DNA from: Mytilus californianus
Lineage: Eukaryota
Reading direction: 5' to 3'
Assembly: GCF_021869535.1 (NCBI RefSeq)
Contig: NW_026262712.1
Coordinates: 115,072,001 to 115,136,000, forward strand
DNA length: 64,000 nt
This document shows positions 25,875 to 37,798 of this stretch, one piece after another. The notes beneath the pieces were generated by a model. The model saw nothing but the letters and a program-made list of their open reading frames with translations. It made no database searches and was not told where the DNA came from. The number at the start of each line of letters is the position of its first letter. The first letter of the stretch is position 1. The translations under genes were made by a program, and so were the position numbers.

Positions 25875-26641
25875 TTTAGATGATGTTCTCTCACTAAGTA
25901 ATACAAAATTTGGTGATTATGTTGAACGAATCTATCCCATCGAACTAGAGATAAAGAATACTACAGATACAGTTAAGTCTGCCTCATATCTTGACTTACA
26001 TCTAGAAATTGACAATGAGGGTGGGTTGAAAACAAAACTTTACGACAAAAGAGATGATTTCAGCTTCCCAATTGTGAACTTTCCATTTCTATGCCCATTC
26101 CAGCAGCGCCTGCATACGGAGTATATATCTCCCAATTGATACGATATTCCAGGGCTTGTATTTCCTATCATGATTTCCTTGATAGAGGATTGCTGCTCAC
26201 AAGAAAGCTATTAAACCAAGAGTTCCAAATGGTAAAGTTGAAAACATCCCTTCGTAAATTTTACGGACGCCATCACGAGTTGGTTGACCGTTATGGAATA
26301 ACCGTTTCACAGATGATATCGGATATGTTCCTTATGTCGTAACTACAATACCCTTCCCTTTTCATGAATGTGACCTACCGAATTAGACTATTTACCGGAT
26401 TTGTAATAACATAAGCAACACGACGGGTGCCCCATGTGGAGCAGGATCTGCTTACCCTTCTGGAGCACCTGAGATCATCCCCAGTTTTTGGTGGGGTTCG
26501 TGTTAATAAGACTTTAGTTTTCTATGTTGTGCCATTTGTACTATTATTTGTCTGTTTGTCTTTTTATTTTTGGCCATGGTGTTGTCAGTTCGTTTTCGAT
26601 CTATGAGTTTGACTGTCCCTCTGGTATCTTTCGTCCCTCTT
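25875..26641 (+). mobile_element. Naiad-type element B, 5'-truncated, nested in element A
   Basis: LDDVLSL..KLYDKRDDFSFPIVNFPFL..PAAPAYGVYISQLIRYSRAC. Flanked by a 7-bp duplication, TTGCATT (25868-25874, 26642-26648). Confidence 0.8.
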
Positions 26642-27650
26642 TTGCATTGAATTGATAAATTCAAGAACACTTACCGTTATCTTGATGATATTTTTTCGTT
26701 AAATAATCAAGAATTTTCTAAATATACTGCCGAAATTTACCCAAAGGAACTCACTTTAAATAAATCAAATGTAAACGTTAATAACAGTCCTTTCCTAGAT
26801 TTAGATATTTCAGTTTTACACGGGAAACTCCACACTAAAATTTACGACAAAAGGGACGTTTTTTCGTTCCCTTTTGTTAATTTTTCTTTTTTGGATGGTG
26901 ATGTTCCTTTGGTACCATCTTACGGTATTTATATATCACAACTTGTTCGCTATGCCTGTGTCTGTTGTGACGTTTTTGATTTTAATGAACGTTATCTTTG
27001 TATTACTGGTAAATTATTAAGTCAGGGATTTCGTTACCACAAATTACTTAAAGCCTTTACTAAATTCTTCCATAGATATGAAGATTTGGTTTGAAGTTTG
27101 GTTGTACCTGTAAAAAACTAATTTCAAACGGGATAGCACAGATGTTGTATACCGTGCCCGGAAATTTAGAAACGATCCTGGTAAACTTATTGATTCTTTA
27201 AATAAACTTATTCTAAAAGGTTACCATTTCAACACTGTAATTATATCATTGAATATTGTTTTTATTGGTATTAATATTGATTTTGTTATCAGTAAATTAA
27301 AAGCAAACTAAATATTATTGTTATATACATATGCACATTCATCGATCTACAATATGTCGATACCTGTACCTTGGCATTGTACAAGGACATGTTTTTCTCT
27401 GACTGTTTATGACGTCTTTACACTAACTCCATTGGATGTTGGATGTGTAATGATTGATTATTTAGTCTTAGATGCATAATTGTTTTATTAGTTGACTAGC
27501 TGTCAGTAACTGCGAGTACTCTCAGATCTGTTCTTAGTGTCTTTTTGTTGTTGGGATGTACAACTACCCGGCCACGTCCACTCTGTGTTTTTGTTAGATG
27601 TATTTCTGTTTGTATCCATCTGATGAAGTAAGCCTTTTTCAATTGATTTT

Positions 27651-28818
27651 TGTCGAGCCTGTGACTTATGTCGCAGAAAGCTCGACATAGGGACAGTGAT
27701 CCTGCGGCGGCGGCGTTTGCCAACTTCTTAAAAGCTTTATATTTTCTAAGGTGGAAGACCTGGATGCTTCATACTTTGTATATAGATGCCTTATGTTATA
27801 AAGTTTCCGTCTGTCATATGTCCATTGTCCTTGATCTCATTTTCATGGTTCAGTGACTACTTGAAATAAAGTTAAGATTTTTTGTAATGTTAATTTCTCT
27901 CTTGTTATGAGTAATAGGGTAACTATATTTAATATGTGCGTGCCTTGCAAAATCCTCATGCCCGACAGACAGTTTTCATCTGACCTCGACCTCATTTCAT
28001 GGATCAGTGAACAAGGTTACGTTTTCGTGTTCAAGTCCATATTTCGGATACTATAAGCTATAGGTCTTCTATATTTGGTGTATGGAATGATTGTAAAGTG
28101 TACATGTCCAACTGGCAGGTGTCATCTGACCTTGACTTCATTTTCATGGTTCAGTGGTTAACGTTAAATTTTGTGTTTTGGTTTTTTTTTTAACTATATT
28201 TGGTGTATGGAAATATTTCACAATGTACATGTCAGTCTGGCAGGTTTTATTTGACCGTGACCTCATTTTCACGGTTCATTGCTCAGTGTTTAGTTTTTGT
28301 GTTTTGGTCTGTTTATCTTAAACTATAACCAATAGGTCGACTATATTTGTTGTATAGAACGATTGTAAGGTGTTTATGGCTGTCTGTCAGGTATTATCAT
28401 ACCTTGACCACATTTTCATGGTTCATTGGTCAATATTAAGTTTTCATGGTTAAGTTTGTTTCTTAGATACTATAAGCAATAGGTCAACTATATTTAATGC
28501 ATAGATTGATTGTAAGGTATACATGTCTGTCTGGCATGGTTCATCTGACCTTGACCTTATTATCATATATCATTGGTCAATGTTTGGTTTTCCTGTTTAA
28601 GTCTGCTTCTTAGAAACTATAAGCAATAGGTCACCTATATTTGGTGCATTGAATGATTGTAAAGTGTACATGTATTTCCGGTTTGGTTTATCTGACCTTG
28701 ACCTCATTTTCTTGGGTCATGTTAAGTTTATGTGATACATTTAGTAAAGCTTTATATTTTGGACTATCAACATAAAAATCAATGGTCAGTAAAGAAGGCG
28801 AGACATTCCAGCGTGTGT
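27651..28818 (+). mobile_element. Non-autonomous Helentron-like (HINE-type) element with internal tandem repeats
   Basis: 5' hairpin TGTCGAGC..GCTCGACA, then GGCGGCGGCG; ~6 internal repeats of ~146 bp (TCATCTGACCTTGACCTCATTTTCATGG); GGCGAGACA near the 3' end; inserted in a T-run of element A. The class assignment is inference. Confidence 0.6.
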
Positions 28819-28848
28819 TACAGTTCGTTCTTATGTTGTACTGTTACG

Positions 28849-28955
28849 CCACTGTCCCAGGTTAGGGAAAGGGTTGAGATCCCGCTAACATGTTTAACTT
28901 CGCCACATTCTGTATGTATGTGTCTGTCCCAAGTCAGGAGCCTGTAATTCAGTGG
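28849..28955 (+). ncRNA. Second, decayed twister-like motif in the tail of Naiad element A
   Basis: T^AA-CTTC-GCC, P3 ACAT/ATGT, G-TCTG-TCCCAAGT-CAGG-AG, closing stems CAGG/CCTG and CCACTG/CAGTGG. The GGAGGG segment reads AAAGGG. Confidence 0.5.
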
Positions 28956-29490
28956 TTGCTGTGTTACGTTTTTGTTTTTCTTTCATGTTTTTGTACATAA
29001 ATTAGGCCGTTAGTTTTCTCGTTTGAATTGTTCTACATTTGTCATTTCGGGGCCTTTTATAGCTGACTATGCAGTATGGGCTTTGTTCATTGTTGAAGGC
29101 CGTACGGTGACCTATAGTTGTTTATTTCTGTGTCATTTGGTCTCTTTTCTCATTGGCAATCATACCACATCTTCTTTTTTATATATACACACTGCAATGG
29201 CCACCATTTCAAGACATAAGAGTAAAATGTTGGTCGATCAAACAAGTTGACACTTATCCATGCTTAAATGCATATCAATAACTTGTTTTTGTTTTACACA
29301 AGTATAAAAATAAAAAATGAAAATTGAAAAACTTACTTAAATTGATACAAAAATTGTGCAATTCTTAACTTAATACGGTGAAACCGCAGACCTGGGGCTG
29401 ATCCAGGCTTTTTGAAAGGAGGACGTAATTCCCGATAATTGAAGATTTAGCGCCGAGTGTAGCGTAAATCGTTTTGATGATTTTATACTA

Positions 29491-29528
<38 letters not shown>

Positions 29529-29664
29529 TCAATTTAAGTAAGTTTTTCAATTTTCATTTGTTATTTTTATACTTGTGTACTCCTATTTTTACTCCTCAAA
29601 ATTCAAGAGTCTATCCTAAATTGAGGTAAATTGTATGGCTTTCCAATTACCGTTTCGATTCTTG

Positions 29665-29708
29665 ACATCACTGAAGAGACATTAATTGTCGAAATCCGGA
29701 TATGGTGT
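29665..29708 (+). ncRNA. Type I hammerhead ribozyme motif (solo)
   Basis: Stem I ACATCA/TGGTGT; core CTGAAGA; stem II GAC/GTC; GAAA; palindromic stem III ATCCGGAT; cleavage triplet ATA (after 29702). Confidence 0.8.
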
Positions 29709-29936
29709 ACAAAAACCTTTGCACCTTTTGTTTGCGGTATATCATCTTTTCCGCAAGTTTATTGTTTTCTGTTTAGTATTAAATTTATAATTAAGATCCA
29801 TTTATTACATCGGTGATCCGTTTATTTGGCAATCGTCAATGGCAGTCAGCAGGGTTTAAGAACATTTGTTGTTCGACCTGTTAGTCAAATACGTTTTGTG
29901 AAAATATACTTTTTCACTTTTTTGGTCTTTTGGAAA

Positions 29937-30207
29937 ATGTTGTTTGTGCTGTATTTAGACCCCTCTAACAAGAAATTTGTTTTGCATGCACACGTATAAA
30001 ACTTGCGGTTTGGTTTTTATCTAAGGCAATCATAGGTTTTAACGTTGTTTTCAATTTAGACTTGTTTATATGTATATATATATACAAGTCTAAATTGAAA
30101 ACAACGTTCAAACCTATGATTGCGTTGGATAAAAACCGCAATTTTTATACGTGTGCATGCAAAACAAATTTCTTGTTAGTGGGGTCTAAATACAGCACAA
30201 ACAACAT
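29937..30207. repeat. Long inverted repeat centred on a (TA)n spacer
   Basis: Arms 29937-30065 and 30084-30207 are near-perfect reverse complements with one 5-bp indel; 18-bp TA-rich spacer. Confidence 0.9.
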
Positions 30208-31769
30208 ATATATATATACAATATGTATCTTGAAAAATATGATGTCTTTTATTTTTTGTCGATCAAACACCCTCTACGGTCTTTCCCCCTAGACCCGCCA
30301 CTGAACATTGTATGCGCTAGAAATAGTAGGGTGCCCAGTGTCCAAAAAGTCCTCTAGTAAACGGTAATACACGGCTACCTGTTTTTGCAAATTATCGGGA
30401 AATCATTATATTTTACAATCATGATTGTCGTCGTAAGTTCCTATGGTCAAGATTTTCTAAATTTCGTGTTTTACAGGGTACCTCAATATACCGTATTGTA
30501 CCGGGAATCTTTAACATGAAAATAAATTATTACGCTCTTCGTTGGTGATTAAAATAGTACGTTTAATATAGTTTATACATTAAATATATCATATAACAAG
30601 CGGAAAGTATTAAAGTGATTTTAGTATAATTTTTTCAGCATTTTAGAAAGACTAGATTTTTACCAGAAATTTACCACAGTTTCATCGAAAGCAAAATTAT
30701 TACGTGTATCGTCACGACATTTTTTACTCTGAGAAAAGCAAGAAGACACGGTGCCTGTGTGTGCCAAATTTCATGTGTGAAATAAAAGTAGTTTTAAAGA
30801 AATAAGCAATTAAAAACACAAATCAAGTCAACATTTTGGCATTGATTAAACACGGATTATCCAGTGGCATTAATCATTTTGTTACTTACACTATTAGGTT
30901 ATTAACAAGGACAGTGGTCACTCAATACATTTCTCAAACATGAATGATCTCGACCTTATTGTCATTGTTCATTGATCAATGTTACGTTTTTCTGGTTTTG
31001 TCAGTTTATCAGACACTAAGGTCAATTGTATTTGGTGTAAGGAATGATTGTAAGTATATGCGATACTTGCAGTAAAACCATCCTATTACATACTTTCAAC
31101 ACAAATTCAATCAAGTAAAGCCGGCGAGACATTTCAGCATTGTTGTTTAAAGTTTTACCAATTGTGTGACAACTTTTTCTGCGCCTGTTTTTGTTTTTCG
31201 TCACTTGTCTTCTCAATCTTGAGCTCGGGATGGAAATAAAGTTTACTTTTTGTGTTTACATTTCAATAATACAATTTAAGTCTTGTACTTAAATTCAGTT
31301 ATCACGGTGCGCTGTACCATATATGCTTTGTTTGGTTATTATTGAGTTTAAGTATAGCATAATCTCATTGGTGGTTACTGAACCATAAAATCTGACGTAA
31401 CGAGCCTTTTTTAATTTGGATCCAAGGAGGAAGGCAGAAGACAGTTGAACTAAAATATAAAACAAACAAAAATTGATAATTTTTAATATTATCTGCGAGT
31501 ATTTAGAATTATTTAAACCTTTGAAGTTATATTTGGTGGTTTTACTAACGCAAGTGAGGTGTTTCGTCATAAAAGGACGTTATTTATGAATTATTTTTGA
31601 ACATGTGCTGACTGAAATGAAGAAACACATGGTGACCACATGGAAAGAAGAAAACAAAATCATTTGTCGAAGTTTATTACCAAGTTAATTTTAATAACTA
31701 TTGGGTTTTATTTATAGATTGGACATCCTTTCGATGAACTATAGTTCAACACTTATTCATCAGATGTAT

Positions 31770-32620
31770 TGCGTCCATGCCACCCTCCTTGATGATGCGA
31801 GGAAATAATCTGTTGTTGATGTTAGAAGATTTCTGAATTACATTGGTTGTTGTCCTGTTTTGATGTTCTATGTTATCTGGCATATTTAAGGCTATTTTAT
31901 GATGTAACAGTAGTGCTTTATGAAACAGGCAGAGCTTTTTGTTTTTTCGTCTGGTTTCTAATGACGGTAATTTTAATTCCTAAAGTATGGTAGTGACTGA
32001 TACAGGTTATCTACTGTATTAATGTTTAATGAAACGCACTGATCTTCTTTGCACTATATCTTTCTTTTTCGTGTGATTTTCCTGGTATGGATCCCAAGCA
32101 CTGCTGGCATATACTACATTTGGTCTTACAATAACTTGTTATGCTTTATTTTTCCTTTTTCTTCCGGGAATTTGTTGATATTTCTTCTCAGAAAGCCTAA
32201 TGATTTATTTGTTTTAGCTACGATGTTATTGATGTGTATATCCCATGTCAGGTCGATGGTGAACGGAACTCATAAATATGGGGTTTGGTCTACCGGTATT
32301 TTCATTTTGTAAAGTAAAATAGTTTAAACATTTGATCTTAAATATGTCTAAATTATGTCGTTTCCTAAAAATCTTTGACAAATTATTCCAGGAATGATTT
32401 AGTTAAATATCTAAATACGCCAGGAATTATAACGGTCTAAGTGTAGAACCTTGTGGAACTCCAAAGTTACAGATATATAACCAGATTCAATGGTTCCTAT
32501 TAATATTTTGCATGATCCGAACGAGTTAGAATGAACGATTTTACAGAATAGAAGTAAAATAGCAGTAAAATTTCCATGGTCCAGTACCTTGTACGACTTC
32601 ATCATTTGTGACAGTTTTTA
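31770..32620 (-). mobile_element. Degenerate CR1/L2-type LINE RT 3' fragment
   Basis: Across broken frames: LDHG..AILL.F.K, GVPQGSTLRPL.FL, LTWDIHINNIVAKTNKSLGFLRRNI, VRP..YASSAWDPY, VQRRSVRF, LPSLETRR, LFPRIIKE. Confidence 0.75.
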
Positions 32621-35600
32621 GTGCAAATTAAACATCGTTGTTCATTTAGAATTTACGTAGTTCTGGAATTTCTCAGATTAAAACTTGTATGAGGATTTTG
32701 GATTAGCTTCTCATTTTCTGTGCTTATTGTTAATTTCAGCAGTTTGGAATATCATATTCGTTTGAAAAGACTCCATAAGGCATCAAATTTTACAGTTTTT
32801 ATCATATTTATTGCATCCATAAAATAGTTTGCTTTTGATGAACAAATTAATTTTTCCTATGGTTTGTTGAACCATCTTTTCAGGATTCATTAGTGATCAT
32901 TCAAATATGGGTGTCATTGACTAAGGATAAAGTACAGATTTTTGTATGCATTGCAAGTAACATTGTTCTGAACAAACAATCGGTTACAGCCTAAATAATA
33001 ATTAATTTATCTATCTAATATTCATTATAATTTAATACAGCATATTTTTAAATTTTGCTCTTCGTGTTGTATATTTTGCAATATATTGCATTTTTGTGTC
33101 AGTTTTCAATATTCACTACAGGTTGATCGACCCAGGATTGAAATAACTACTGGGCTTATATCGATTCTTAATAGGCCAATTAAATGTGCATTCTTATGTC
33201 TATTTAAAAGAAAAAAAAACAAAAAATCAATGAGCAACAAGCCTGTGGTTGCACCATTTAACTGTGAAGATGACATACATCATATAGAGATGGTTTTCGT
33301 TTTATAAAATTCATTTTTTACGGATGAGTTGTTTGTTATTATTGATTATTATCAAATTTTACGTTGGTAATTTGTGTCATGATTTCATCATATGTATATT
33401 TGCATTACGGTATTAGCTAGCAACAATTGGTCCGAAAATGTATATCTTTAGAATTTTATAAGTGTTCGCAATTTTTGTTGACAAGCAAAATACATTTTTT
33501 ATAGTTATGAAGCAGTGGACAATCTAGTGAACGAGAACAATAGAGAATGTACCCTTATAAAACGTCGAGAAATCAAAAATAAAACTATGCAGGTGACGAT
33601 ACTGATCAAAAGTTATTTTTAAACAACTATTTTATATTTAAAGAAAGTTTTGTTAAATTGTGTTATGAAAAATATCCACATGCAAACACACGGTGATTAG
33701 GGTTCAGTATAGATCGAGCTAATTGCATTAGAATTTTGTTAAACTGAAGTCTACAAAATGTAAAATTGTTAATCTTTGCTGCATTTTAATACAATAAAAA
33801 ATGGGGGGGGGGGGGGGGGGGGAGGGGTTAATACAAAAAAAATGGGGGGAATAAAAAAAACCATGCACATACGTACGGTGACCTATAGTTGTTAATTTCT
33901 GTGTCATTTGGTCTCTTGTGAAGAGTTATCTCATTGGCAATCATACCACATCTTCTTTTTTATACATATAAAATCTAAAGATCTTTCAGGTCACCCATTT
34001 TCGGAGTGTTCTACAAAGTCGTAAGCACGTTTCAATTTCCCAAAATATACTTGTTTTCACATCTAAGTTTTTTAATACACCGGTCTCTTCTTGTCATGTG
34101 AGCATTCGATATAAACATTGTCTTTTCATGAATAAAACATTTTAAAAGTCTGTCTGTAGGTTCATAAGTTAAATATTTGATAAAGCAGGCATCTTTTTAC
34201 TAATTTTTATACAATTTTAAGAAAAGGTCGTCTTGATTTTTGTACATGTATTTACGGTCTTTTCGGTCTATTAACATTCAATGTTTACATTAGGATAAGG
34301 TCCGTTTGAATTTGCTTAGTAACTTATTTTCAAAGTATTAATCTTTGCTACATATCAATCAATTCCTTTAGATTTTTTTCCCTGAAATTTTCTTATCTAG
34401 CTGCATATATATTCGGATAATTGGCATATTACATAGAGGTATACAGCCATTTGAAAAATAGATTGAAGTTGGTACTCCGGGAATTTATTTGCATAGCAAC
34501 ATTCTTAACCAATTTTAAAGCAAGCTCCTATAGCTTGCCGTACTAGTCGTTTGTTATTTACAGAAGGAAATAACATTAAATGGAAGTTTGTTTTATTTCA
34601 ACTTATTTATAATTGATAGCGTCCTGGCCAAAACGGGACAAACATTGAAAAGATCTAGTTTTCAGTGTTTACAGGGGAGATCATATTTTGTCACTAGATT
34701 TCTAACTTGAAGTATTAAAAGAAAAAAATATATATACAAATTGATATTTATATTGTGTTACTAAATTCTGAGTTTAATTTTAGCAATTATGTCTGCTTAG
34801 CTCATACAGTTAGCAAAAAAAAGCAAACTACACCAATAACTGTCAGTTACAGCTTCTGCAAGAAAGTCAACCAAAGGCTACTAGAATTAAACAGCAACTA
34901 CATCTGTTACAAATCGGAGGTACATAGTCTTGCCATTTATCACATCAGCCTTCTTCAACCGAATTCAACCTTAAATACAACTGCAGGGGTAAACACCACT
35001 ACAAGTACAGATGATACTACATGTACTTTTACTTTTTGACACTGGAACCAGTCGAGATCATTCATTAGGTAATGAAACTTTTTCAGTCTTATCAAAAAAC
35101 CAATGTTAGCATGCACACTGATGTAGCTTTTAATGTTCGACAAAAAGTTGTAAAATGTCAATATATTAATTTTGGTATATTGTTGTCTAACAATTATAAT
35201 TCAAAGCCGGATACACGTAAGCTAGTTTTAGAGGGGTAAATTAGTTACCCAATACATAAAGATAAATTTCGTTCCATTCATTTAGTAATGAACATCTGTT
35301 AAATAAATATTCTCATCCAAATAGATCCAGAAATTACTAAAGTACATGACGACTGTTCGTTTGGGTGCAAACGAAATATTAACATTCTTATATGGAAGTT
35401 GTATGATGACAAATTCAGGTTACGTAAAACATTGATCTAGCAAGTTCATGTGGGAAAGTGGATTTAGAGCTTTGGTTATTCAACATGCAGGATATTATTC
35501 GCATTCCCTATTTAGGAATATTTTCTGCTGTTTTTCGTGCATTGTCAGCCAATGTTAATATGCATAAAAGGTTGAAGAGCTATTCTTTCAATAATGATGG

Positions 35601-36929
35601 TAACTGTTTCAAGCCTTTCTGTCATAATAAAGTCGCAGTTGAGTCAACGTTTGATAATTTTACTCCACAAATAAGAATTAAATTCAAATTAAATGCAACA
35701 AAGAGTTTTGAAAGTTAACCTGTCAAGATTTGGTTGTTGGTGGTTGTGAGACATTTCCAGAAGTGAAAAGATATTAAATAAAGGCAATAGTAGTATACCG
35801 CTGTTCAATAGTCATAAAAACGATTGTGTACATCTGTAATTTGTTAGAAACAATGTAAATATATTTTTTTTAATACATAACTTAATTTCAAAAAGTAAAA
35901 CCTTGCCGGGTTGAAATGCAAACATAATATCCATGTACACAAGAAACATACAATACATGAAAAAAGTTTTAAACAAGTCTAGTTAATATTTATATTATAC
36001 ATTTGTATATATAAGTATATAGATATTTGACCAATGTGGACCTTATTTTCGCAACTCCATGGATTACTTAATTTTATAACATAGCAACACTAGACAAAAT
36101 ATCTTTATTGGAATCTAAAATAGTTTACAGTTTTAGTTAAGTTTTAATTGTATTCATAAGTGGATTTCTAATATTACTGCTGATTTGGCAATGAAGGAAA
36201 AAGTGTTCCTCATCATCTTAAATTTTGCAAACTTTACACACTTATGTTCTCTTGAAATTTCCTCATTGACCTAAGGTGGGTTTGTTGTTCATGCATAGGG
36301 CAATTTGTAAGGATATATTTTCAACTACTGAAACAGAAGATTGATATAAAAATATATGTGTGATTAATTATCTAGCTTGTATAGTTTAAGTTACATACAC
36401 ATGAGTTTTAATTTTTCAGTTATTGGCGTCACTTTATAATGTAAGTTTGAAATGTTTTGATTATTGGTTAATGTATTTGGCTCACAGCTTGGCAGCAAAG
36501 CCCCATTTGATGTTGGTTGACAGTGTAACCAGGATCTGGTTTCAATGCCAATCTGCAAGAATTCGCTGCATCAAAAAACATTTCGTTTTATAAATGGTAT
36601 CATTCACTACAGATGAACAATGTAAGGGTTTTGATCCATCACCTGTGTTCCCACGATGATCCAAATTGTTTTAATCTTATATTCAGTTACCACAATCTGT
36701 GGTAAACATTCATATATATATTTTAAAGTACGGTTGCCATAATCGGCGATATGCCGGTAACCTCATATTTTCAGATATACCAGTAACAGTTAAATTGCCA
36801 GCGATCTGCGGCACATACATACATTTATATTGAGATAACTTATATACCATAGGTATAAATTTAAATAATATTAAAGGCTGTGGCCAAATACTGCCAATTT
36901 GTTGGTGGGTTTTAACAAGCATCTGGGAT

Positions 36930-37519
36930 AACTATTATAATTATAGCCATTTTAGCGGCAGGATGGTAACAATAGTAAATCAATGTCAGAAAATTATCAA
37001 CGTTTTGTGTTCAGCACCAAACTGTTGAAAGGCGACGTTTTCTAAGCCTGATACAATAAGGTTGATATTTTTTCTCACATTGACTTACTTGGATCTGTGA
37101 CATATTGAAAATACTTTGAAAAATGCACATGAAAGTTTGTTCAAAGAAGGTGCTGCAGTCTAGATTTTTAATAGACATATTATGGACGAGAAGAACATTG
37201 GTTTTAGAAGAATAATTCTGAGAATTACCATATCAAGCAATATAAATAGTTAAGGAAAGGAATGCTAACATGGATATCATGCATCCTACATTGAGTACGT
37301 TTGTGTATGAATCACATAGAACTTAAGAGTTATATGCATCCAATGTATTGCTGTTGGTTCCGTTAGGTAGTACACAGTTATACGAGCGACTGTTTAACTT
37401 TACATCTGATGTCTGCAACTTTCTTATCAAGTCAATATTATAACACGAACATTCAAATGCATTTCCTGCTAAGTACAATGACATTGAATGCACGGTCTGC
37501 ATCTGATCAAGCCATTTCC
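36930..37519 (-). pseudogene. Remnant of a fourth TLR unit: LRRCT fragment fused to downstream flank
   Basis: 37313-37519 matches the LRRCT-coding region of the TLRs (~6930-7160). 36930-37312 matches the downstream flank (~5590-5965 and ~14365-14745). Confidence 0.85.
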
Positions 37520-37798
37520 ATATTTTCCTCGGAGTTCGATATTTGTGTTACGTTTTCTTTTTATACTATGATTGAGACATTTGGACGAAGTCCCCTAAAC
37601 GGTTTATGGAATTTTGATGTTAAGAGGGGCAGGCAGAGAAAAGTGGGTACCTAATTAAAGTAATCAACTCCTACTGTTTCAACCCAGGTATATAAAACTT
37701 CACAGAAAGATTGCCTATAGGAAGTTAATCACCTGTCATTATGGAATTTGTTCCAGACTTTTTCTAGTAAATTTTTAGCAACATTTCGTAACAAATAA

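Larger units (their letters stand above)
25751..29187 (+). mobile_element. Naiad-type Penelope-like element A (RT 3' half + tail), interrupted by two insertions
   Basis: RQVVG(I)PMGTNCAPLIADLYLYCYE...KDPS | LH.IDKFKNTYRYLDD...YDKRD..F, PSYGIYISQLVRYA. ORF stop ~27311. The tail resumes after 28818 and ends in CATCTTCTTTTTT. Confidence 0.75.

Noticed and set aside
26405-26510. HDV-like ribozyme in the tail of Naiad element B (GGGTGCC..AGCACCT)
   Set aside because: A P1-like pairing exists, but P2, P1.1 and the J4/2 motif could not be placed convincingly.
27409-27454. ATGA..AA..TGA as a SECIS in Naiad element A
   Set aside because: Helix II does not pair in the required register, and no UGA at a conserved Cys was found in the surviving ORF.
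27615-27650. CTGATGA as a hammerhead core
   Set aside because: No downstream stem II/GAAA/stem III.
31714-31769. Minus-strand CTGATGA..GAAA hammerhead-like motif after the CR1 fragment
   Set aside because: Stem III lacks the A15.1-U16.1 pair and stem I is mismatched; too degenerate to call.
36480-36922. Cys/Trp-rich broken frames (WQFNCYWY) resembling a C-type lectin fragment
   Set aside because: Many stops, no splice context and no further motif; cannot be supported without a translated search.
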